A DNA stretch of 64,000 nt from Salpingoeca rosetta (lineage: Eukaryota > Protista > Choanoflagellata), in contig JAWQFM010000007.1 of assembly GCA_033442325.1 (NCBI GenBank), positions 69,007 to 133,006 on the forward strand. The letters are read 5' to 3'. The first letter of the stretch is position 1. Each line of letters begins with the position of its first letter. The notes below the pieces were generated by a model that did no database searches, had not been told where the DNA came from, and saw only the letters and a list, made by a program, of their open reading frames with translations. Positions 53,400-64,000 of the stretch are shown one piece after another. The position numbers and the translations under genes are program-made.

Positions 53400-56300
53400 G
53401 TATGCTGTGTGTACGTGCGTATGTGTGCGTGCGTGCGTGCGAAAATGCCTCCTCGTCCACCGAATCTTGAGGCTGCTTCGTATTCAGCCTCAGTCCACAC
53501 ATGCCATTCACACAAACACCTCTCGCTGTCACATGATTACATCATCACATCGCATCGAATACACATTGTGTCTCTTTAATCACTGTGCTCACATGCCCAA
53601 AATGTGACCTGCACACGACAGGATGAGCTGATCGAGTTGTCGTTTCCCGGCGACCCGCACTACGGCGCCGATGTGGACGAAATCAGGAGGCACAGAGGTA
53701 CAGTGAGCAGCTGAGATCTGTATTGGTACTGTGGCCTCGTGTGTCCTTCCTTTGTCTGCACGCTCCCTTGCCTGCAGGCAACATCTCCTTCCGTGTGTGG
53801 GATGTGCGTTTGTTGAGCAACCACGGGACGTCAGGAAATGCGCTTGTGCGTTCCACGTCGCGCAGTGATACCACCCTACTCACAGCCATCACGGGCACAC
53901 AACCTCGCACACAGATGCGTGCAACTTCGCCACAGAGGCGGCGCGACGCCAAAACTCGTACATCCGTGAACTCCGCACCCAAAACAGCAACGCAAGGTGC
54001 GCTGTGGTCTCGCATGTGGTTTGTACCTTGCGTTTGTTGCTGTTGCATGTATTCGTGGTTGTTGTGTGCGTGTATTGATGATATGTGTGCACGTGTGTGC
54101 GTGTATTGATGATGTGTGTGCACGTGTGTGTGTGTGTGTGCATGCAACGTGCATCAGGTGAGACAAGACCTTAAATGTTGTAATACAAGGCATGGTTTGC
54201 TTGGTGGTACTGACGCTATCTTAAACACGCTGTGCCACATGTACACATTACACTTTCTGCACCACACTCCTCCATGACACAGTCTTGAGTGGGACAATGA
54301 CCTTGGCGGTGTGCGTCCTGGCTCGGGCTATTTCGACAACATCGACCATCTTGGCGGCGTGATTGCACAGCAGCCTCGCAGCAGGTGCACACCGCTGCTG
54401 TTGTTGACGTTTGAATGCTGTTGCCGCTGTTGTTGACGTTGGTGATGATGTCGGAAAAACGAGTGGGCCTACTACTTTTTTGTTGTTGATCGTGCTGATG
54501 GTTGTGGCTGGTTTGCATTGGTTGTCTTTGTTTCTGCCATCCACACATCACGCATTCCAATCATCACGACGACATACTCAACGATGGCCCATCACAACCA
54601 CCGTGTTTGTTGCGACATCAGGACTGAAAGTGACAGCAGCGGACAATCGGGCCAGTTCGACTCGCTGGACGCGCTCTTGTTTCTCGACACGCCTGCACAT
54701 CAGCAGCAGCAGCAGCAGCGGGACAGTGGTGCCCGCCACCAGGCAACGACGCACCAACAACACCAACAACAAATGTCGAGAGGGGGCAGCAACGGCACGC
54801 GCCCACCTCAAGCCCAAGATGTCGTTTTGTTGCACGACGACAATGACGACCATCAACATCAAGGCCGCGATGTGTACGCTGAAACTGACGATATTGCTGA
54901 TGACGATGATGATGATGATGGCGCGAAGCTGCACCGTGGCACATCATCTTCGCAGCAGGAGCACACGATCCGGGTGATCAGTTCTCGAAGACGACGGAAG
55001 CAATCGATGGCCGCCAATTCTCGCGCGTACGCCTCCACACGCAGCACACGCGCACACCAGCAGCACGCCTCGATGCAACGGGGTGCTGCTGCTCGCCGGT
55101 CTAGCAGGAAGACGACGCTTCGCTCCAGGTGGGATGATGAGCCTGGGATTAAGATGGAGATGGCGAGGAGCAGTGTGACGGGTTGACAGAAGACGCTTTG
55201 TATTGCAGTCAGCGTCGTTGATCATACACGCACACAAGCACACAGGCTGACACACGCGCACATACGAACATACACTTATTTCCCTCATTTACTCACGCTC
55301 TTACGCTCGCCAACTCACTCACTTGTTCACGCTAGGTCTGCCTCGCGATCACGCCACTTGAGGAGCACCGGAATGGCAAACGCCGATTTGGCGACACTTC
55401 GGTTTTGCCTGCAAGCAACGCAGGACGATCACCGCATCAGTCCTTCGTCTGCACCTGGTCACTGTTTCCAGCGTCCTACCAGCACTTCCCCCGTCAACAT
55501 GCGCCCACATGGTAGGAAGACGCCCATCACATCATTATGATCACACAACATGGTGCACCTGTTTGCAGCCGATCACATGTTGTGCTTGCAAATGGATACG
55601 CTGCACTCATGAACACTTGCGTGTGCGTCTGTCTGTCTTGACGTTTTCGTGCGTGTGTGTGTGTGCGTGCGTGTGTGTGTGTACGTGTGTGTGTGTGCGT
55701 CTGTCTGTCCTGACGTTTTCGTGTGTGTGTGTGTGTGTGTGTACCTTTCACTTTTCCGTTCCAGCAAATTCCATTGCAACGCTGCGACGTGAGGATCTCG
55801 ACAACATGCGGTAATTTACATCGCTGCTGTATTTTCTGCTTTGCTTCGGTGGTCCTGGCTTGCTCATGCAGCTTGTTCCAAGACGTTCCGTACTTTCAAA
55901 AGCGCACTCCCATCGATGCGCTTGCGATGAGTCACATCGACCGCACATATTCACGCATGCAAATGCACACACAAACATGCACACCCACCCATTTTGTTTG
56001 CAGGTGTGCGCTGGCAGCATCAGATCCGCGAAAAGTCACGCTTCGCCCGTACATTTCGCTGCAGAGCAGCCTGCTCGCCCAGCAATGTGAGTCACGTTCA
56101 GCGGCGTGTGCATATGTTATTGTGAGCAGTGCATGGGAGCGATGGATGTGTGTGGTGTGTGATTGTTCGGACTTGCGTTGTTGCCTTGCTCTTTGCTGCT
56201 GTCGTCGCAACCAGAGTTGATGTGTTATGAATGTAACCCCCCCCCCCTTTGCAACACCACCAACGCCCACGGTTTATTGCGTGTATCATGCAGCCTCAGC

Positions 56301-59300
56301 GAGCGTGAAATCAAACGCCAGCAACGAAGGGCCCGCATACGATCTCGTGTCGGATGCGTCTGAGTCGCGAACGCCAACACCGCACACTGGCACAGGAACC
56401 TGCGGAACACACGACGGGGCGGCACAGCGCACGGAGCGGTGCAGGCAGCACAGTTGTGTTGAAGACGCGAGTCGTCGCGGCGACACCAGCGTTACCAGTG
56501 TTCACCAAGGACACACCGAAATGGTGATGGCCCAAGATGAACCTCAATCTACAGCCGACGGCCGATTCGCGCAACCCAGCCAAGAACGAGAGCAGCAGCA
56601 GCGACACCAACAGCAGCGACAACGACAACAAGAGCACGAAACAGAGGCGTCATCAGCTGGAAGCGCCGCATCAGACGAAGATCCATACGTCACCATCGGT
56701 AAGTTGTGGTTGATTCCCCCTTTTCTGTTGCCGGCAGTCTTGATCTCTCCCTGCGTGAGACACACAGTCATGTTAATAATCACGTACACTCACACACTTA
56801 CACATTTACACACTTACACACTTAAACACACACACACACACACTTTCTTACACACGTGTATAGACCCTCGGTTCGCGCCCATTTGGCGAAACGTGCCCAT
56901 CCCAAACACGCGGCCAGAGGTGCAGCAATCACCAGGAGAAGTACCATTTACCACCGTGGCCAACAGCAGCAACACCAGCAGCAACAACAGCAACAACAGC
57001 ACCGGCGGCGATGATGCAAAGGCTACCACACCCAATGCAACAGACATTAGTGTTCAAGCAGCATCAACTCCAGCGAAAGGCCCCCTCACGCCAGCACAAC
57101 TCGCCGACCTGCGGACCCGAAAGTACACGGGCATCAGCCAAACAGCACTTGTTGCGCTGCGCAGGCGCACGCGCACCGCAAATGCCACGATGAACGTCGC
57201 CCTGCGTCAGAACAGCGCACGCGGGTTGCCTGCAGGCACGGCATCAAAGGATACTCCCGCTCAACCCGCACATGGCAGCGAAGGCGATGCGAGCGTGATC
57301 AGTGTCAGCGACAGCAACCCAAACACAGACAGCAGCACCACGACCAGCAGTGCAGGCGCGAAAGACAAGGTGCAGCAGAAGGACCAGCAGCAGCAACACA
57401 GAAAGAAGAACAAGAAAACGAAGAAGAGGCGACATGTGTGGTTGAGGCGGAAGCGACACCACAACCAGCCAGCACAGCGTCCCACGTCTCACCACGACGA
57501 TGACTCGTCTGATGACGAGTGTGCAGCAAGGAATGGTGCGGGTAACGCCAGCACGGGTATTCGTGTGGATGCACGACACGACGGAGCCGATGTTCATGAC
57601 GAAGCGACTTGGCTGCCCTACCGACAGCAGCGCTGGTCCATGTCAAACGCATCCGTGCTTGGGATGCCGGGGAGCGCGCGCATATCCCCGCAGCCGTCCG
57701 CAACCACTTGGCCTGCGCCCCCAGAGATTTGGGGTGATCACTTCCCGTCGGGTGTGAGGCACGATGCTTACAGCAGCCCAGGAGGCATGCATGCACATGT
57801 ACTGGATAGCACGCCAACCGCAAGTACTCCCCACGAAGTTGCCGTGTCACTGCCAGGGTATGACGACGTGAGCCATGAAGAAGGTAAAATCATCAAGTAC
57901 GACTCCTCCTCGCGCGGGAGTGAGAATTCGTCAGAAGCCGTGTTCCCACAGCTGCGTGGTGACAATGGGCGCGATGCTGCTACTGATGGTGATGATGGTG
58001 ATGATGGTGATGATGGTGATGATGACGAGGGGGATGGCGATAGCAACAGCGGTACGCACGCGACTCTTCCATCGACGGACAGCGGGCACCCCAGTGACGC
58101 TGACACACGTGTAGCGGGCAACGACGTGGTGCCATATGTCAGCATGAACGTTCAGCGAGGTGCGTTGCACGGCCGTGAATATGCGGATGTGGGGATGTGG
58201 TACGGCCTTGTCTTGCCTGCTGTGTGTGCGTGCGTGTGTGTGTGTGTGTGCGTGCGTGTGTGCGTGCGTGTGTGTGTGCGTGCGTGTGTGAGTGTGTGTG
58301 CATGTGTGTATGTGTTGCTGATGGGTGTTGGTGTGCAGCGCGAGAATGACAACACCACTGCTCATTGTCACGCTTGCGTACGAATTCGTGTCTATTGCGT
58401 TCTGCAGGCCGTCCGTGCGCGCTGAGTCTTCGCAACAAGACATCGACGGAGCAGACGCCATTCAGGGAGGATCAGCTTGAGATCCAGGAAACCATTGGCC
58501 AGGTGAGACGGTGCTAAACGCTACCCGCCGCGCCATCTGCCGCTATTGCACACGCACACACTGTGATTGAAAAGACGAAGGCTTGTTCCGCAGCACACAC
58601 ACACACACGTGCACACCGCTTGCTTGTACTCACACGTGCACACACCATGCATGCACGCACACACTGTACAGGGCGCGTGCGGTGTTGTTTGCCGTGCCAT
58701 TCTCCGCTCTGACGAGCGAAGCCGGTGTGTTGCCGTCAAGCTGCTGCCAAACCCAAACGACACAGCAGGTACGAAGGCTTCCATGCATCAGTCTGTGGGT
58801 GTGGGTGTGGGTGTGGGTGTGGGTGCTATTCTTTGGCTGTCCATCACCTGACCGGGGCGTATTGCATTGGTTAGCTGTTGATGCGTCAATCACGATATCG
58901 TCTCGCGAACATGATTTGTTCGTTCGCACAGGCCGTGCGTTGTTGGATGCTGAGGAGAAGATGCTCAGAGGGCTGGATCATACCAATATCGTTCGGCTGA
59001 TTGGCACTGTCAGCACAACACCCCCCATGCTCGTGTTCGAGTACATGCGACACGGCTCTCTCGACAAGGTATGTGCAACACACACGGCACTGGTGTATTG
59101 ACGTTTATCACATTGCACGCTGTTGTTGATATCGCCCGCATCACACGTTGTTTTGAAACAGCACCGCCCAAGCAAACTAGTTGCGTTGCATTCGTTCATC
59201 TCCGACACCACGCCGCCATCGCCAACAACAATGTCATCTTGTCTGCTGTGTTACCTCAGGTGCTTCGGAAGCGCCCCCATCGGCCGATTGAAGTGATGCA

Positions 59301-59371
59301 GTGGGCCGTCAACACTGTTGCTGCAGCAGAATATCTCCACCGAAACAGGATCATCCACCGCGATCTCGCTT

Positions 59372-59456
<85 letters not shown>

Positions 59457-60177
59457 CGTGTGACGTGTGAATGCGTGCTTTCCCGCGCTTGGGTGTGCGA
59501 AAATGCTTCACAACATCAACCTTCACAACATCCACCTTCACACTCATCTTCCGTCTTTCACCCTCATCAACGCCTGTTCCGCGTCGTCCCGCGCATGTCA
59601 CAGCCGGAACATCTTGCTGGATGGCAACATTGCAAAGGTACACACATGGACGCTACAAACCACAACACAGCACAACAATCAGCGCGACAATCCCACGCAC
59701 GACGCTGTGCTTCAGTGCCCACCCTCACCACGAAAGCCCTACTACATCTACCACCACGTTCGCCACGCTTACCCCCACTGCCATGCCATCATGGCTGTTT
59801 CATTGCTGTTGTGTCACCGCAGGTGGGCGACTTTGGCTGCAGCATTCGCCTTCCACCCAATGAGGACGTTGTCACGGAGACAGAGGCAACCATTCCAGTC
59901 AGGTGTGAACACGCGTACCTCTGGTACTTGCTACTGATTTTGCTGCGGTGTTCTTGGTTTTGAGTGCCCACACATCACCGCCTCACTCCATTGCGTCGCT
60001 TCTCAGGTGGACCTGCCCTCAAGCCCTCAACTATGGCCTCTACAGCACCAAGAGCGACATGTGCGTTTGAGTGACGAAGATGCGACAGTGCTGTGTCCCA
60101 ACATGCGATCCTGCCATCTGTATATATGTGTGTGTGTGCGTGTGCGTGTGCGTGTGCGTGTGCGTGTGCGTGTGCGT

Positions 60178-60241
<64 letters not shown>

Positions 60242-60665
60242 GAGTGTGTTAGAGCGTGTCACTTCCTCCAAGACTCGCGCTTCCCTGTTGATCGCACGAT
60301 CTTTGTACTCACACTCACGTTACGCGCTTGCGTACACAATTGCAGTTGGAGTCTTGGCATTGTTCTCTTTGAGCTTGTGTCTGGCGGTACCGTGCCATAC
60401 AAGGTGTGTGTGTGTGTGTGCTTGGCGCGCGTGTGTTTGCACTGCGCGTTCTTCTGCATCAATGGTGATGCACTGCCACACAAAGAAGCAAAACGGATGT
60501 TTTGTTTGGCTGTGTCGCGCTCACTGTCTTGCTTTCGTGTTATGGTTGCTGATCACAAACATCAGGGATGGGGCAACATCGTTGTCGTGACACACGTTGG
60601 ACAGGGTCACCGTCTCCCGCCACCAAAGGTGTGGGCGTTGTGTGTGCGTGCGTGCGTGCGTGCGC

Positions 60666-60729
<64 letters not shown>

Positions 60730-62423
60730 GTGCGTAAACATGTCACTGTGCGGACGCGTTGTAAATGCCTAAGTTCGCACGAACATGTGTCAACTTGTTC
60801 GTCACACTGTTGTGTAGGTTGCGACATCACACAACAACATCCATTGCACCTCATCACACAACACACGCTGCTGCTCACGTGTTGAAATGCTGCCTCAAAT
60901 GCCGATGCGATTGCCAGGGCTGCCCGCGCAAGATGTACGAGATCATGATGGACTGTTGGCACCCAAACCCTTCCGAACGGCCAACGGCAGCGGCGCTGAA
61001 GCTTCGACTCATGGAACTCGCCTTTGAGTACGTTCAACACACCGCCCATCCATGCAGCGACCTGGTTTTTTTCATGTTCGACCCGATGCGTGACAATTGC
61101 AAGCTGGCGAAGCAAAGAAGTCGAAGAAGCAGAGATGAAGAAGGATGCATAACAAAGCGAAGATTTTTCAGTTGTCATCGCCGTTGTGCCTCGTCTCAAT
61201 GCCACACTCACCACTGCAATACATCCATTTACTCACGACAACGCATTCATTCTCATTCAACCCATCTTTGCAGCACAACTGCACTTCGTGACGTGTATGA
61301 GACAGAGGACTCGCCAATTCAGGACAAATACAGGAGCAATGAGGTGCGCTGCTCTTGACTGCATGCGAGACACGAGACGATGCGATACGAGGAACGCTTT
61401 GCAATTTCTTCTGCAACGCATATGGCACAGCCTCTGAACAACAGCTACGAAGATGCTCACAACTCAGCGTGCTTGTTTTGACAATTTCGCTATTCGCTGC
61501 TTCTCGTTGCCTGCAGGCATTGGCGACGTCGTGGACACTGAAGGGGTGCCCAAGCCTCATCGATCCAGAGAAGGTACACGGGAAGAGCTTATAGGCTTAT
61601 GGTTCCATGCGACACGCTTCAATAGAACACGATCTTGTGTGGACTGAACATGTTTTGCATTTGTTCATCGATGCTTCTCCACAGCGCACGAGTCGAGTCG
61701 CAACCTCATATCATGATGCCATCACATCTCGCTTCTGTTTACAATCCAGATGGCGGCAATGCTGACAGATGATGGTGATGATGACGATGACGAACGCTTT
61801 TCAATCACGAGTGTTCACCAGCGAAACAGCATCCAGACATCACGTTCCCGCTGCAAGACGCACAGCGGCGCCAAGCCCACATCACGTACGTTCTATTGGA
61901 TGCAATTCAACCACACAACACAACATAACACAACAGCCAGCCAGCAAGTAGGCACAATCATGAGGCGTAGCAGCTTGCACACGCACAGAAACACGCATAC
62001 AAATGACAACACGCATATCCGCGCACACACTTGCTCATTGCACACACTGTGTGTCTTTTATGTCGACATGTACATGTGTGCAGGAGGAAACACGCTGAAG
62101 TCGCGCGGGCTGCCGCCACCGCCATCCCACGAAAACCAACCAACATACACGCAAATGGGAACACGGTAAGCTGGTGTGTGTGTGTGTGTGTGTCTGTGTG
62201 TCGGTGTGTTACATCGAGCAACTGAGGATGGCGTTTGACAATGGTTAAACAAGCTACACCCGCCCATCTCACTCCTGTCCCCTTGCAACTCTCAAATGCA
62301 AGCAGACGATCAACGGTTGCATATCCGCAACACGCTCACAAGACGATGAGGAGAAATGAGACGCTGGCCATACCAGAGGAAGACGAGGAGGTAGAGGAGG
62401 AGAGGGAGTCGGCGATGTATTGA
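50775..62423 (+). CDS. Putative 7TM (family-B/adhesion-like) receptor-tyrosine kinase fusion: signal peptide, Ser/Thr ectodomain, 7TM, about 1000-aa disordered linker, tyrosine kinase, C-tail
   Basis: Hand-built GT-AG chain with matching phases and no stop: 50775-51057, 51336-51424, 51599-51691, 52012-52220, 52487-52643, 52889-53011, 53316-53399, 53622-53702, 53778-53803, 53886-53996, 54283-54384, 54622-55128, 55336-55511, 55765-55810, 55872-56086, 56294-56698, 56864-58159, 58408-58502, then kinase and tail exons to the stop at 62423. Could instead be two adjacent genes. Confidence 0.6.
58408..61027 (+). other. Protein tyrosine kinase catalytic domain (spliced)
   Basis: [106 protein letters not shown]. 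HRDLAxRN and PVRW are tyrosine kinase signatures. Confidence 0.93.
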
Positions 62424-62622
62424 ACCACAAACCATGCGCTCTGGTCTGGGTCCGTGTGCACATTTGTATGGCGTGGTGGGTGCGCGCATACACCCACGCA
62501 GACCACTGTTGATTGTTGCTGATAGATCTCTTTTGAGTTATGTTGATTGTGTCCACTGTCACAGCGAGATGGGCGCTGCTTGTTACACGTTGTGCATACA
62601 TTGTTTCTTTGCGTGCGTTCAA

Positions 62623-62678
<56 letters not shown>

Positions 62679-62909
62679 GACGGTTCTGGCCAACCTGTGG
62701 CATAAGTAAAGCTGAATCACATGCGCATCCGCAAATCGCTAAATGGTCAATTAAAGTGAACCAAGCCGGCGACCTCGGCATGGCAGCTAGTAGGTATTTC
62801 TAATTCTCGGGCGTTACGTATCAGGTACTTATATACGAGAAGCCGACAGCTCGCCATACTGATGATGGTAGGTATCCTCCTCTCCATTGAATATTCTGTA
62901 ACGGGTTAG

Positions 62910-62956
<47 letters not shown>

Positions 62957-63382
62957 TATGCGCGGATGCGATGTGGAGGGTGATGCATTTAATTACCGTG
63001 ATGTGACTTAGAGCAAAGAGCAGGGCAGTAGTGACAAGCAGCCAGTACAAATGATGTGAATATAAACATAAGACAAGCATGCACACGTTTGAAGCACATG
63101 TAACAAACACACACACACACACACACACACAAATGGAATGCCTTGCATAATTGAATATGACCAACGACGACTAAATACGCAACACTGAAGCAAGCTGGTG
63201 GTCTAAAGTCGTGCAAGGGGGCGACATTAAGAGCAACCACAAGCACGTTGGAACAGCCCCGCATGGCTCCGCCAGTTCACTGCTGTAGTTGCAGTGACAG
63301 TCAGGTGTCAAACAGTTTTGGCCAGTCGCAGCAGTGCCACGATACGGTGGAGTACAACGATACCGCGTCAACGCCTCTGATG

Positions 63383-64000
63383 TTACAGCTCCTGCACAGG
63401 CAAGGAGCGCTGTTGGAGGTGACACATGGACGTTGTGTGAGTGAGCGAAACCGTGAGTGAAAGAAAAAGAGATGCAGAGAGAGAAGCGTAATGAAGTCGA
63501 AAGGTAATGGGAACCCAGATTCACAAGCGCACACATCACGAATCATGCACCACACTCAAGCACAGCAAACACACACACGCACACACACACACGCACACAC
63601 ACCCACACACTCACTCGTTGATAGCGCTCGGAGCGGGAGCGTGTGCGTCCATGCTCAGCCGATGTTGAGAGCTGCAAAGGCCCAAAGCGTGAACATGCGT
63701 GAACATGTATGTGCATGTGTGCAAGTGAGTGTGTGTGTGCAAAGGACACCACAGCAGGCAAACACGCATCTAGGCGCACCACATCAAGCATGCGCCAGCC
63801 CAACAAGTGCTTGTGTGCCAGCAGCACACACCTGTGGGTGCAGTGCGGAGTACGGGGGTGGTGATCTGCGTCCCTGCACGTCATGGCTCGTTCGCGTGCG
63901 CCGCAGTGGGTTTGGCGCCGATGCGCGTGTGTACGGCGGTGGAGGTGGCAGACTTGACTCCAACACCATCGCAGGCTGTTGTGGATGATGCTGCTGGAAC
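63383..64000 (-). CDS. 3' end of a gene entering from the right edge; Pro-rich tail with two PPxY motifs
   Basis: Exon ...LPPPPPYTR...SPPPYSALHPQ with gt donor, then LSTSAEHGRTRSRSERYQR with gtgagt donor, then EL-stop. Phases match but no domain is recognised. Confidence 0.4.

Noticed and set aside
56227-58425. 732-aa ORF as a stand-alone gene
   Set aside because: It contains read-through intron sequence (HT/VC tracts) and is better explained as two internal exons that splice in phase to the kinase.

Overview
Intron-rich, GC-rich eukaryotic DNA with (CA)n/(GT)n microsatellites in almost every intron and one 763-nt N gap. Style and gene content suggest a choanoflagellate, probably Salpingoeca-like (inference). 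Most ORFs in the supplied track are microsatellite artefacts, so gene models were rebuilt by hand from GT/GC-AG splice sites and codon phase. Genes in order: 3' part of an STXBP4/Synip-like protein with an inserted Tudor-like domain; an intronless orphan ORF; an isolated last exon of TRAP-gamma (SSR3); SNM1/PSO2 nuclease lacking its 3' end; a secreted GH99/GH71-like hydrolase; PP1 catalytic subunit; a type II thioesterase fused to a degenerate MerB-like domain; a head-to-head pair of single-pass mucin/proteoglycan-like paralogs sharing a 12-Cys module; an ankyrin protein; a bacterial-type family II Mn-pyrophosphatase with a mitochondrial-like presequence; BMS1; an intronless SAP-bZIP factor; a ZIP9-like transporter; RPB10; CCT4 (about 120 aa missing); a 7TM receptor and tyrosine kinase; and the 3' end of a PPxY-bearing gene. 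The top candidate is an approximately 11.6 kb phase-consistent exon chain joining signal peptide, family-B-like 7TM domain, an approximately 1000-aa disordered linker and a tyrosine kinase: a putative GPCR-tyrosine kinase fusion receptor. Family assignments rest on recalled motifs, not database searches.
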